From: Eledone cirrhosa
Lineage: Eukaryota
Assembly: GCA_964016885.1 (NCBI GenBank)
Contig: OZ024740.1
Location: 251,472,001 to 251,536,000 of the forward strand
Length of the DNA: 64,000 nt
Direction: 5' to 3'
In this document: positions 36,901 through 50,165 of the stretch, piece after piece
Layout of the letters: each line of letters begins with the position of its first letter
Numbering within the stretch: the stretch's first letter is position 1
Translations under genes and position numbers: made by a program
Notes under the pieces: generated by a model
Database searches by the model: none
The model's input: the letters and a program-made list of their open reading frames with translations, nothing else
What the model was told of the DNA's origin: nothing

Positions 36901-38125
36901 TATCTCCCCTTGGACGGCTGGAAATTATCTGCCCTTGATTTTGTTTTTACAAATTATCTTCCCCTGATTATTTTTACAAATTATCTCCACCTGATTTTTT
37001 AAAAAATTATCTCCCCTTGGACGGCTGGAAATTATCTCCCCTTGGCTGGAAATTATCTCCCCTTGGACGGCTAGAAATTATCTCTCTTTGGACGGCTGGA
37101 AATTATCTCCCCTTGATTTTTTTTACAAATTATCTCCCCCTGATTTTTTTTACAAATTATCCCCCCATGATTTTAAAAAAAAAAATTATCTCCCCTTCGC
37201 TGGCTGGAAATTATCTCCCCTTGGACGCTGGAAATTATAGCCCCTTGGAGGGCTGGAAATTATCTTCCCTTGGACGGCTGGAAATTATCTCCCCTTGATT
37301 TTTTTTACAAATTATCTCCCCCTGATTTTTTTTTACAAATTATCTCCCCCTGATTTTTTTTTTACAAATTATCTCCGCCTGATTTTTTAAAAAAAATTAT
37401 CTCCCCTTGGACGGCTGGAAATTATCTCCCCTTGGACGGCTGGAAATTATCTCCCGTTGGACGGCTAGAAATTACCTCTCCTTGGACGGCTGAAAATTAT
37501 CTCCCCTTGGACGGCTGCAAATTATCTCCCCTTGATTTTTTTTACAAATTATCCCCCCATGATTTTTAAAAAAAAAATTATCTCCCCTTCGCTGGCTGGA
37601 AATTATCTCCCCTTGGACGCTGGAAATTATAGCCCCTTGGAGGGCTGGAAATTATCTTCCCTTGGACGGCTGGAAATTATCTCCCCTTGATTTTTTTTAC
37701 AAATTATCTCCCTCTGATTTTTTTTTACAAATTATCTCCCACTGATTTTTTTTTACAAATTATCTCCCCCTGATTTTTTTTTTACAAATTATCTCCGCGT
37801 GATTTTTTTAAAAAAATTATCTCCCCTTGGACGGCTGGAAATTATCTCCCCTTGGACGGCTGGAAATTATCTCGCCTTGGACGGCTAGAAATTACCTCTC
37901 CTTGGACGGCTGAAAATTATCTCCCCTTGGACGGCTGCAAATTATCTCCTCTTGATTTTTTTTACAAATTATCTCCCCCTGATTTTTTTTACAAATTATC
38001 TCCCCCTGATTTTTTTTACAAATTATCTCCCCCTGATTTTTTTTTACAAATTATCTCCCCCTGATTTTTTTTCCAAATTATCTCCCCCTGATTTTTTTTA
38101 CAAATTATCTCCCCCTGATTTTTTT

Positions 38126-41100
38126 TACAAATTATCTCCCCCTGATTTTTTTTACAATCTCCGCCTGATTTTTTAAAAAATTATCTTTCCTTGGCTGGCG
38201 GGAAATTATCTCCCCTTGGACGGCTGGAAATTATCTCCCCTTGGACGGCTAGAAATTATCTCTCTTTGGACGGCTGGAAATTATCTCCCCTTGATTTTTT
38301 TTACAAATTATCTCCCCCTGATTTTTTTTACAAATTATCCCCGCATGATTTTTAAAAAAAAAATTATCTCCCCTTCGCTGGCTGGAAATTATCTCCCCTT
38401 GGACGCTGGAAATTATAGCCCCTTGGAGGGCTGGAAATTATCTTCCCTTGGACGGCTGGAAATTATCTCCCCTTAATTTTTTTTACAAATTATCTCCCCC
38501 TGATTTTTTTTTACAAATTATCTCCCCCTGATTTTTTTTTACAAATTATCTCCCCCTGATTTTTTTTTTTACAAATTATCTCCGCCTGATTTTTAAAAAA
38601 AAATTATCTCCCCTTGGACGGCTGGAAATTATCTCCCCTTGGACGGCTGGAAATTATCTCCCCTTGGACGGCTAGAAATTACCTCTCCTTGGACGGCTGA
38701 AAATTATCTCCCCTTGGACGGCTGCAAATTATCTCCCCTTGATTTTTTTTACAAATTATCTCCCCCTGATTTTTTTTACAAATTATCTCCCCCTGATTTT
38801 TTTTACAAATTATCTCCCCCTGATTTTTTTTTACAAATTATCTCCCCCTGATTTTTTTTTACAAATTATCTCCCCCTGATTTTTTTTACAAATTATCTCC
38901 CCCTGATTTTTTTTACAAATTATCTCCCCCTGATTTTTTTTTACAAATTATCTCCCCTTGATTTTTTTTTACAAATTATCTGCCCCTGATTTTTTTTTTA
39001 CAAATTATCTCCCCCTGATTTTTTTACAAATTATCTCCCCCTGATTTTTTTTACAAATTATCTCCCGCTGATTTTTTTTACAAATTATCTCCCCTTGATT
39101 TTTTTTTACAAATTATCTCCCCTTGATTTTTTTTTACAAATTATCTCCCCCTGATTTTTTTTTTACAAATTATCTCCCCCTGATTTTTTTAAAAATTATC
39201 TTCCCTTGGCTGGCGGGAAATTATCTCCCCTTGGACGGCTGGAAATTATCTCCCCTTGGAAGGATGTAAATTATCTCCCCTTGGACGGCTGGAAATTATC
39301 TCCCCTTGCACGGCTGGAAATTATCTCCCCTTGATTTTTTTTACAAATTATCTCCCCCTGATTTTTTTTTACAAATTATCTCCCCCTGATTTTTTTTTAC
39401 AAATTATCTCCCCCTGATTTTTTTTACAAATTATCTCCCCCTGATTTTTAAAAAAAAAATTATCTCCCCTTCGCTGGCTGGAAATTATCTCCCCTTGGAC
39501 GCTGGAAATTATAGCCCCTTGGAGGGCTGGAAATTATCTTCCCTTGGACGGCTGGAAATTATCTTCCCTTGGACGGCTGGAAATTATCTCCCCTTGATTT
39601 TTTTTACAAATTATCTCCCCCTGATTTTTTTTTACAAATTATCTCCCCCTGATTTTTTTTACAAATTATCTACCCCTGATTTTTTTTACAAATTATCTCC
39701 CCCTGATTTTTTTTTACAAATTATCTCCCTCTGATTTTTTTTTACAAATTATCTCCCCCTGATTTTTTTTTTACAAATTATCTCCCCCTGATTTTTTTAC
39801 AAATTATCTCCCCCTGATTTTTTTTACAATCTCCGCCTGATTTTTTAAAAAATTATCTTCCCTTGGCTGGCGGGAAATTATCTCCCCTTGGACGGCTGGA
39901 AATTATCTCCCCTTGGACGGCTAGAAATTATCTCTCTTTGGACGGCTGGAAATTATCTCCCCTTGATTTTTTTTACAAATTATCTCCCCCTGATTTTTTT
40001 TACAAATTATCCCCGCATGATTTTTAAAAAAAAAATTATCTCCCCTTCGCTGGCTGGAAATTATCTCCCCTTGGACGCTGGAAATTATAGCCCCTTGGAG
40101 GGCTGGAAATTATCTTCCCTTGGACGGCTGGAAATTATCTCCCCTTGATTTTTTTTACAAATTATCTCCCCCTGATTTTTTTTTACAAATTATCTCCCCC
40201 TGATTTTTTTTTACAAATTATCTCCCCCTGATTTTTTTTTTTACAAATTATCTCCGCCTGATTTTTAAAAAAAAATTATCTCCCCTTGGACGGGTGGAAA
40301 TTATCTCCCCTTGGACGGCTGGAAATTATCTCCCCTTGGACGGCTAGAAATTACCTCTCCTTGGACGGCTGAAAATTATCTCCCCTTGGACGGCTGCAAA
40401 TTATCTCCCCTTGATTTTTTTTACAAATTATCTCCCCCTGATTTTTTTTACAAATTATTTCCCCCTGATTTTTTTTACAAATTATCTCCCCCTGATTTTT
40501 TTTTACAAATTATCTCCCCCTGATTTTTTTTTACAAATTATCTCCCCCTGATTTTTTTTACAAATTATCTCCCCCTGATTTTTTTTACAAATTATCTCCC
40601 CCTGATTTTTTTTTACAAATTATCTCCCCTTGATTTTTTTTTACAAATTATCTCCCCCTGATTTTTTTTTTACAAATTATCTCCCCCTGATTTTTTTACA
40701 AATTATCTCCCCCTGATTTTTTTTACAAATTATCTCCCCCTGATTTTTTTTACAAATTATCTCCCCTTGATTTTTTTTTACAAATTATCTCCCCTTGATT
40801 TTTTTTTACAAATTATCTCCCCCTGATTTTTTTTTTACAAATTATCTCCCCCTGATTTTTTTAAAAATTATCTTCCCTTGGCTGGCGGGAAATTATCTCC
40901 CCTTGGACGGCTGGAAATTATCTCCCCTTGGAAGGATGTAAATTATCTCCCCTTGGACGGCTGGAAATTATCTCCCCTTGCACGGCTGGAAATTATCTCC
41001 CCTTGATTTTTTTTACAAATTATCTCCCCCTGATTTTTTTTTACAAATTATCTCCCCCTGATTTTTTTTTACAAATTATCTCCCCCTGATTTTTTTTACA

Positions 41101-41529
41101 AATTATCTCCCCCTGATTTTTAAAAAAAAAATTATCTCCCCTTCGCTGGCTGGAAATTATCTCCCCTTGGACGCTGGAAATTATAGCCCCTTGGAGGGCT
41201 GGAAATTATCTTCCCTTGGACGGCTGGAAATTATCTTCCCTTGGACGGCTGGAAATTATCTCCCCTTGATTTTTTTTACAAATTATCTCCCCCTGATTTT
41301 TTTTTACAAATTATCTCCCCCTGATTTTTTTTACAAATTATCTACCCCTGATTTTTTTTACAAATTATCTCCCCCTGATTTTTTTTTACAAATTATCTCC
41401 CTCTGATTTTTTTTTACAAATTATCTCCCCCTGATTTTTTTTTTACAAATTATCTCCCCCTGATTTTTTTACAAATTATCTCCCCCTGATTTTTTTTACA
41501 ATCTCCGCCTGATTTTTTAAAAAATTATC
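38126..41529 (+). repeat. 1,672-bp tandem duplication nested in copy 2 of the 13-kb unit
   Basis: ORF pairs 38216/39888, 38639/40311 and 39495/41167 (offset 1672). Confidence 0.92.
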
Positions 41530-42348
41530 TCCCCTTCGCTGGCTGGAAATTATCTCCCCTTGGACGCTGGAAATTATAGCCCCTTGGAGGGCTGGAAATT
41601 ATCTTCCCTTGGACGGCTGGAAATTATCTCCCCTTGATTTTTTTTACAAATTATCTCCCCCTGATTTTTTTTTACAAATTATCTCCCCCTGATTTTTTTT
41701 TACAAATTATCTCCCCCTGATTTTTTTTTTTACAAATTATCTCCGCCTGATTTTTAAAAAAAAATTATCTCCCCTTGGACGGCTGGAAATTATCTCCCCT
41801 TGGACGGCTGGAAATTATCTCCCCTTGGACGGCTAGAAATTACCTCTCCTTGGACGGCTGAAAATTATCTCCCCTTGGACGGCTGCAAATTATCTCCCCT
41901 TGATTTTTTTTACAAATTATCTCCCCCTGATTTTTTTTACAAATTATCTCCCCCTGATTTTTTTTACAAATTATCTCCCCCTGATTTTTTTTTACAAATT
42001 ATCTCCCCCTGATTTTTTTTTACAAATTATCTCCCCCTGATTTTTTTTACAAATTATCTCCCCCTGATTTTTTTTACAAATTATCTCCCCCTGATTTTTT
42101 TTTACAAATTATCTCCCCTTGATTTTTTTTTACAAATTATCTCCCCCTGATTTTTTTTTTACAAATTATCTCCCCCTGATTTTTTTACAAATTATCTCCC
42201 CCTGATTTTTTTTACAAATTATCTCCCCCTGATTTTTTTTACAAATTATCTCCCCTTGATTTTTTTTTACAAATTATCTCCCCCTGATTTTTTTTTTACA
42301 AATTATTTCCCCCTGATTTTTTTAAAAATTATCTTCCCTTGGCTGGCG

Positions 42349-45300
42349 GGAAATTATCTCCCCTTGGACGGCTGGAAATTATCTCCCCTTGGAAGGATGT
42401 AAATTATCTCCCCTTGGACGGCTGGAAATTATCTCCCCTTGCACGGCTGGAAATTATCTCCCCTTGATTTTTTTTACAAATTATCTCCCCCTGATTTTTT
42501 TTTACAAATTATCTCCCCCTGATTTTTTTTTACAAATTATCTCCCCCTGATTTTTTTTACAAATTATCTCCCCCTGATTTAAAAAAAAAAAATTATCTCC
42601 CCTTCGCTGGCTGGAAATTATCTCCCCTTGGACGCTGGAAATTATAGCCCCTTGGAGGGCTGGAAATTATCTTCCCTTGGACGGCTGGAAATTATCTTCC
42701 CTTGGACGGCTGGAAATTATCTCCCCTTGATTTTTTTTACAAATTATCTCCCCCTGATTTTTTTTTACAAATTATCTCCCCCTGATTTTTTTTTACAAAT
42801 TATCTCCCCCTGATTTTTTTTTTACAAATTATCTCCGCTTGATTTTTTAAAAAAAATTATCTCCCCTTGGACGGCTGGAAATTATCTCCCCTTGGACGGC
42901 TAGAAATTATCTCTCCTTGGACGGCTGAAAATTATCTCCCCTTGGACGGCTGCAAATTATCTCCCCTTGATTTTTTTTACAAATTATCTCCCCCTGATTT
43001 TTTTTTACAAATTATCTCCCCCTGATTTTTTTTTACAAATTATCTCCCCTTGATTTTTTTTTACAAATTATCTCCCCCTGATTTTTTTTTTACAAATTAT
43101 CTCCCCCTGATTTTTTTACAAATTATCTCCCCCTGATTTTTTTTACAAATTATCTCCCCCTGATTTTTTTTACAAATTATCTCCCCTTGATTTTTTTTTA
43201 CAAATTATCTCCCCCTGATTTTTTTTTTACAAATTATCTCCCCCTGATTTTTTTAAAAATTATCTTCCCTTGGCTGGCGGGAAATTATCTCCCCTTGGAC
43301 GGCTGGAAATTATCTCCCCTTGGAAGGATGTAAATTATCTCCCCTTGGACGGCTGGAAATTATCTCCCCTTGCACGGCTGGAAATTATCTCCCCTTGATT
43401 TTTTTTACAAATTATCTCCCCCTGATTTTTTTTTACAAATTATCTCCCCCTGATTTTTTTTTACAAATTATCTCCCCCTGATTTTTTTTACAAATTATCT
43501 CCCCCTGATTTTTAAAAAAAAAATTATCTCCCCTTCGCTGGCTGGAAATTATCTCCCCTTGGACGCTGGAAATTATAGCCCCTTGGAGGGCTGGAAATTA
43601 TCTTCCCTTGGACGGCTGGAAATTATCTTCCCTTGGACGGCTGGAAATTATCTCCCCTTGATTTTTTTTACAAATTATCTCCCCCTGATTTTTTTTTACA
43701 AATTATCTCCCCCTGATTTTTTTTTACAAATTATCTCCCCCTGATTTTTTTTTTACAAATTATCTCCGCTTGATTTTTTAAAAAAAATTATCTCCCCTTG
43801 GACGGCTGGAAATTATCTCCCCTTGGACGGCTGGAAATTATCTCCCCTTGGACGGCTAGAAATTATCTCTCCTTGGACGGCTGAAAATTATCTCCCCTTG
43901 GACGGCTGCAAATTATCTCCCCTTTATTTTTTTTACAAATTATCTCCCCCTGATTTTTTTTACAAATTATCTCCCCCTCATTTTTTTACAAATTATCTGC
44001 CCCTGATTTTTTTTACAAATTATCTCCCCCTGATTTTTTTTTACAAATTATCTCCCTCTGATTTTTTTTACAAATTATCTCCCCCTGATTTTTTTTTTAC
44101 AAATTATCTCCCCCTGATTTTTTTAAAAATTATCTCCCCCTGATTTTTTTACAATCTCCGCCTGATTTTTTTAAAAATTATCTTCCCTTGGCTGGCGGGA
44201 AATTATCTCCCCTTGGACGGCTGGAAATTATCTCCCCTTGGAAGGATGGAAATTATCTCCCCTTGGACGGCTGGATATTATCTCCCCTTGCACGGCTGGA
44301 AATTATCTCCCCTTGGCTGGAAATTATCTCCCCTTGGACGGCTAGAAATTATCTCTCTTTGGACGGCTGGAAATTATCTCCCTTTGATTTTTTTTACAAA
44401 TTATCTCCCTCTGATATTTTTTACAAATCTCCCCCTGATTTTTTAAAAAAAATTATCTCCCCTTCGCTGGCTGGAAATTATCTCCCCTTGGACACTGGAA
44501 ATTATAGCCCCTTGGAGGGCTGGAAATTATCTTCCCTTGGACGGCTGGAAATTATCTCCCCTTGATTTTTTTTACAAATTATCTCCGCCTGATTTTTTTT
44601 AAAAATTATCTCTCCTTGGACGGCTGGAAATTATCTCCCCTTGATTTTTTTTACAAATTATCTCCCCCTGATTTTTTTTACAAATTATCTCCCCCTGATT
44701 TTTTTTTACAAATTATCTACCACTGATTTTTTTTACAAATTATCTCCCCCTGATTTTTTTTACAAATTATCTCCCCCTGATTTTTCTTTTACAAATTATC
44801 TCCCCCTGATTTTTTTACAAATTATCTCCCCCTGATTTTTTTTACAAATTATCTCCGCCTGATTTTTTTAAATATTATCTTCCCTTGGCTGGCGGGAAAT
44901 TATCTCCCCTTGGACGGCTGGAAATTATCTGCCCTTGATTTTGTTTTTACAAATTATCTTCCACTGATTTTTTTTACAAATTATCTCCACCTGATTTTTT
45001 AAAAAATTATCTCCCCTTGGAAGGCTGGAAATTATCTCCCCTTGGACGGCTAGAAATTATCTCTCTTTGGACGGCTGGAAATTATCTCCCCTTGATTTTT
45101 TTTACAAATTATCTCCCCCTGATTTTTTTTACAAATATCCCAGTGATTTTTTTTAAAAAATTATCTCCCCTTCGCTGGCTGGAAATTATCTCCCCTTGGA
45201 CGCTGGAAATTATAGCCCCTTGGAGGGCTGGAAATTATCTTCCCTTGGACGGCTGGAAATTATCTCCCCTTGATTTTTTTTACAAATTATCTCCCCCTGA

Positions 45301-48300
45301 TTTTTTTTTACAAATTATCTCCCCCTGATTTTTTTTTACAAATTATCTCCCCCTGATTTTTTTTACAACTTATCTCCGCCTGATTTTTTTTAAAAAATCA
45401 TCTCCCCTTGGACGGCTGGAAATTATCTCCCCTTGGACGGCTGGAAATTATCTCCCCTTGATTTTTTTACAAATTATCTCCCCCTGATTTTTTTTTACAA
45501 ATTATCTCCCCCTGATTTTTTTTACAAATTATCTCCCCCTGATTTTTTTTACAAATTATCTCCCCCTGATTTTTTTTACAAATTATCTCCGCCTGATTTT
45601 TTTAAATATTATCTCTCCTTGGCTGGCGGGAAATTATCTCCCCTTGGACGGCTGCAAATTATCTCCGCTTGATTTTTTTTACAAATTATCTCCCCCTGAT
45701 TTTTTTTTTAAAATTATCTCCCCCTGATTTTTTTTACAAATTATCTCCCCTGATTTTTTTTTACAAATTATCTCCCCCTGATTTTTTTTTACAAATTATC
45801 TCCCCCTGATTTTTTTTTTACAAATTATCTCCCCCTGATTTTTTTACAAATTATCTCCCCCTGATTTTTTTTACAATCTCCGCCTGATTTTTTTAAAAAT
45901 TATCTTCCCTTGGCTGGCGGGAAATTATCTCCCCTTGGACGGCTGGAAATTATCTCCCCTTGGAAGGATGGAAATTATCTCCCCTTGGACGGCTGGAAAT
46001 TATCTCCCCTTGCACGGCTGGAAATTATCTCCCCTTGGCTGGAAATTATCTCCCCTTGGACGGCTAGAAATTATCTCTCTTTGGATGGCTGGAAATTATC
46101 TCCCTTTGATTTTTTTTACAAATTATCTCCCTCTGATTTTTTTTACAAATCTCCCCCTGATTTTTTTTTACAAATTATCTCCCCCTGATTTTTTTTACAA
46201 ACTATCTCCCCCTGATTTTTTTACAAATTATCTCCCCTTGGCTGGCTGGAAATTATCTCCCCTTGGACGGCTGGAAATTATCTCCCCTTGGAAGGATGTA
46301 AATTATCTCCCCTTGGACGGCTGGAAATTATCTCCCCTTGCACGGCTGGAAATTATCTCCCCTTGATTTTTTTTACAAATTATCTCCCCCTGATTTTTTT
46401 TTACAAATTATCTCCCCCTGATTTTTTTTTACAAATTATCTCCCCCTGATTTTTTTTACAAATTATCTCCCCCTGATTTAAAAAAAAAAAATTATCTCCC
46501 CTTCGCTGGCTGGAAATTATCTCCCCTTGGACGCTGGAAATTATAGCCCCTTGGAGGGCTGGAAATTATCTTCCCTTGGACGGCTGGAAATTATCTTCCC
46601 TTGGACGGCTGGAAATTATCTCCCCTTGATTTTTTTTACAAATTATCTCCCCCTGATTTTTTTTTACAAATTATCTCCCCCTGATTTTTTTTTACAAATT
46701 ATCTCCCCCTGATTTTTTTTTTACAAATTATCTCCGCTTGATTTTTTAAAAAAAATTATCTCCCCTTGGACGGCTGGAAATTATCTCCCCTTGGACGGCT
46801 AGAAATTATCTCTCCTTGGACGGCTGAAAATTATCTCCCCTTGGACGGCTGCAAATTATCTCCCCTTGATTTTTTTTACAAATTATCTCCCCCTGATTTT
46901 TTTTTACAAATTATCTCCCCCTGATTTTTTTTTACAAATTATCTCCCCTTGATTTTTTTTTACAAATTATCTCCCCCTGATTTTTTTTTTACAAATTATC
47001 TCCCCCTGATTTTTTTACAAATTATCTCCCCCTGATTTTTTTTACAAATTATCTCCCCCTGATTTTTTTTACAAATTATCTCCCCTTGATTTTTTTTTAC
47101 AAATTATCTCCCCCTGATTTTTTTTTTACAAATTATCTCCCCCTGATTTTTTTAAAAATTATCTTCCCTTGGCTGGCGGGAAATTATCTCCCCTTGGACG
47201 GCTGGAAATTATCTCCCCTTGGAAGGATGTAAATTATCTCCCCTTGGACGGCTGGAAATTATCTCCCCTTGCACGGCTGGAAATTATCTCCCCTTGATTT
47301 TTTTTACAAATTATCTCCCCCTGATTTTTTTTTACAAATTATCTCCCCCTGATTTTTTTTTACAAATTATCTCCCCCTGATTTTTTTTACAAATTATCTC
47401 CCCCTGATTTTTAAAAAAAAAATTATCTCCCCTTCGCTGGCTGGAAATTATCTCCCCTTGGACGCTGGAAATTATAGCCCCTTGGAGGGCTGGAAATTAT
47501 CTTCCCTTGGACGGCTGGAAATTATCTTCCCTTGGACGGCTGGAAATTATCTCCCCTTGATTTTTTTTACAAATTATCTCCCCCTGATTTTTTTTTACAA
47601 ATTATCTCCCCCTGATTTTTTTTTACAAATTATCTCCCCCTGATTTTTTTTTTACAAATTATCTCCGCTTGATTTTTTAAAAAAAATTATCTCCCCTTGG
47701 ACGGCTGGAAATTATCTCCCCTTGGACGGCTGGAAATTATCTCCCCTTGGACGGCTAGAAATTATCTCTCCTTGGACGGCTGAAAATTATCTCCCCTTGG
47801 ACGGCTGCAAATTATCTCCCCTTTATTTTTTTTACAAATTATCTCCCCCTGATTTTTTTTTACAAATTATCTCCCCCTCATTTTTTTACAAATTATCTAC
47901 CCCTGATTTTTTTTACAAATTATCTCCCCCTGATTTTTTTTTACAAATTATCTCCCTCTGATTTTTTTTACAAATTATCTCCCCCTGATTTTTTTTTTAC
48001 AAATTATCTCCCCCTGATTTTTTTAAAAATTATCTCCCCCTGATTTTTTTACAATCTCCGCCTGATTTTTTTAAAAATTATCTTCCCTTGGCTGGCGGGA
48101 AATTATCTCCCCTTGGACGGCTGGAAATTATCTCCCCTTGGAAGGATGGAAATTATCTCCCCTTGGACGGCTGGATATTATCTCCCCTTGCACGGCTGGA
48201 AATTATCTCCCCTTGGCTGGAAATTATCTCCCCTTGGACGGCTAGAAATTATCTCTCTTTGGACGGCTGGAAATTATCTCCCTTTGATTTTTTTTACAAA

Positions 48301-50165
48301 TTATCTCCCTCTGATATTTTTTACAAATCTCCCCCTGATTTTTTAAAAAAAATTATCTCCCCTTCGCTGGCTGGAAATTATCTCCCCTTGGACACTGGAA
48401 ATTATAGCCCCTTGGAGGGCTGGAAATTATCTTCCCTTGGACGGCTGGAAATTATCTCCCCTTGATTTTTTTTACAAATTATCTCCGCCTGATTTTTTTT
48501 AAAAATTATCTCTCCTTGGACGGCTGGAAATTATCTCCCCTTGATTTTTTTTACAAATTATCTCCCCCTGATTTTTTTTACAAATTATCTCCCCCTGATT
48601 TTTTTTTACAAATTATCTACCACTGATTTTTTTTACAAATTATCTCCCCCTGATTTTTTTTACAAATTATCTCCCCCTGATTTTTCTTTTACAAATTATC
48701 TCCCCCTGATTTTTTTACAAATTATCTCCCCCTGATTTTTTTTACAAATTATCTCCGCCTGATTTTTTTAAATATTATCTTCCCTTGGCTGGCGGGAAAT
48801 TATCTCCCCTTGGACGGCTGGAAATTATCTGCCCTTGATTTTGTTTTTACAAATTATCTTCCACTGATTTTTTTTACAAATTATCTCCACCTGATTTTTT
48901 AAAAAATTATCTCCCCTTGGAAGGCTGGAAATTATCTCCCCTTGGACGGCTAGAAATTATCTCTCTTTGGACGGCTGGAAATTATCTCCCCTTGATTTTT
49001 TTTACAAATTATCTCCCCCTGATTTTTTTTACAAATATCCCAGTGATTTTTTAAAAAAAATTATCTCCCCTTCGCTGGCTGGAAATTATCTCCCCTTGGA
49101 CGCTGGAAATTATAGCCCCTTGGAGGGCTGGAAATTATCTTCCCTTGGACGGCTGGAAATTATCTCCCCTTGATTTTTTTTACAAATTATCTCCCCCTGA
49201 TTTTTTTTTACAAATTATCTCCCCCTGATTTTTTTTTACAAATTATCTCCCCCTGATTTTTTTTACAACTTATCTCCGCCTGATTTTTTTTAAAAAATCA
49301 TCTCCCCTTGGACGGCTGGAAATTATCTCCCCTTGGACGGCTGGAAATTATCTCCCCTTGATTTTTTTACAAATTATCTCCCCCTGATTTTTTTTTACAA
49401 ATTATCTCCCCCTGATTTTTTTTACAAATTATCTCCCCCTGATTTTTTTTACAAATTATCTCCCCCTGATTTTTTTTACAAATTATCTCCGCCTGATTTT
49501 TTTAAATATTATCTCTCCTTGGCTGGTGGGAAATTATCTCCCCTTGGACGGCTGCAAATTATCTCCGCTTGATTTTTTTTACAAATTATCTCCCCCTGAT
49601 TTTTTTTTAAAAATTATCTCCCCCTGATTTTTTTTACAAATTATCTCCCCTGATTTTTTTTTACAAATTATCTCCCCCTGATTTTTTTTTACAAATTATC
49701 TCCCCCTGATTTTTTTTTTACAAATTATCTCCCCCTGATTTTTTTACAAATTATCTCCCCCTGATTTTTTTTACAATCTCCGCCTGATTTTTTTAAAAAT
49801 TATCTTCCCTTGGCTGGCGGGAAATTATCTCCCCTTGGACGGCTGGAAATTATCTCCCCTTGGAAGGATGGAAATTATCTCCCCTTGGACGGCTGGAAAT
49901 TATCTCCCCTTGCACGGCTGGAAATTATCTCCCCTTGGCTGGAAATTATCTCCCCTTGGACGGCTAGAAATTATCTCTCTTTGGATGGCTGGAAATTATC
50001 TCCCTTTGATTTTTTTTACAAATTATCTCCCTCTGATTTTTTTTACAAATCTCCCCCTGATTTTTTTTTACAAATTATCTCCCCCTGATTTTTTTTACAA
50101 ACTATCTCCCCCTGATTTTTTTACAAATTATCTCCCCTTGGCTGGCTGGAAATTATCTCCCCTTG
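42349..50165 (+). repeat. 3.9-kb tandem duplication (about 42349-46247 and 46248-50147)
   Basis: ORF pairs 42628/46527, 43559/47458, 43823/47722 (offset 3899) and 44188/48088, 44641/48541, 45433/49333, 45910/49810 (offset 3900). The chimeric junction at ~46240-46300 joins TTGGCTGGCTGG directly to the GGAAGGATGTAAA block. Confidence 0.93.

Larger units (their letters stand above)
21424..47570 (+). repeat. ~13-kb near-identical tandem duplication (about 21424-34534, 13,111 bp; about 34535-47570, 13,036 bp)
   Basis: ORFs from 22413 to 34422 recur at exactly +13036 (22413/35449, 23114/36150, 25180/38216, 28764/41800, 31152/44188, 33491/46527). 21732/34843 is offset 13111, i.e. three more A monomers (75 bp) in copy 1 at ~22160-22235. 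Shared private variants: GACGGGTAGA, TTGATTTATTTTAC, AAATTGTCTCCCCGTGG, GACGGGTGG, ATTATTTCCCC. Confidence 0.96.
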
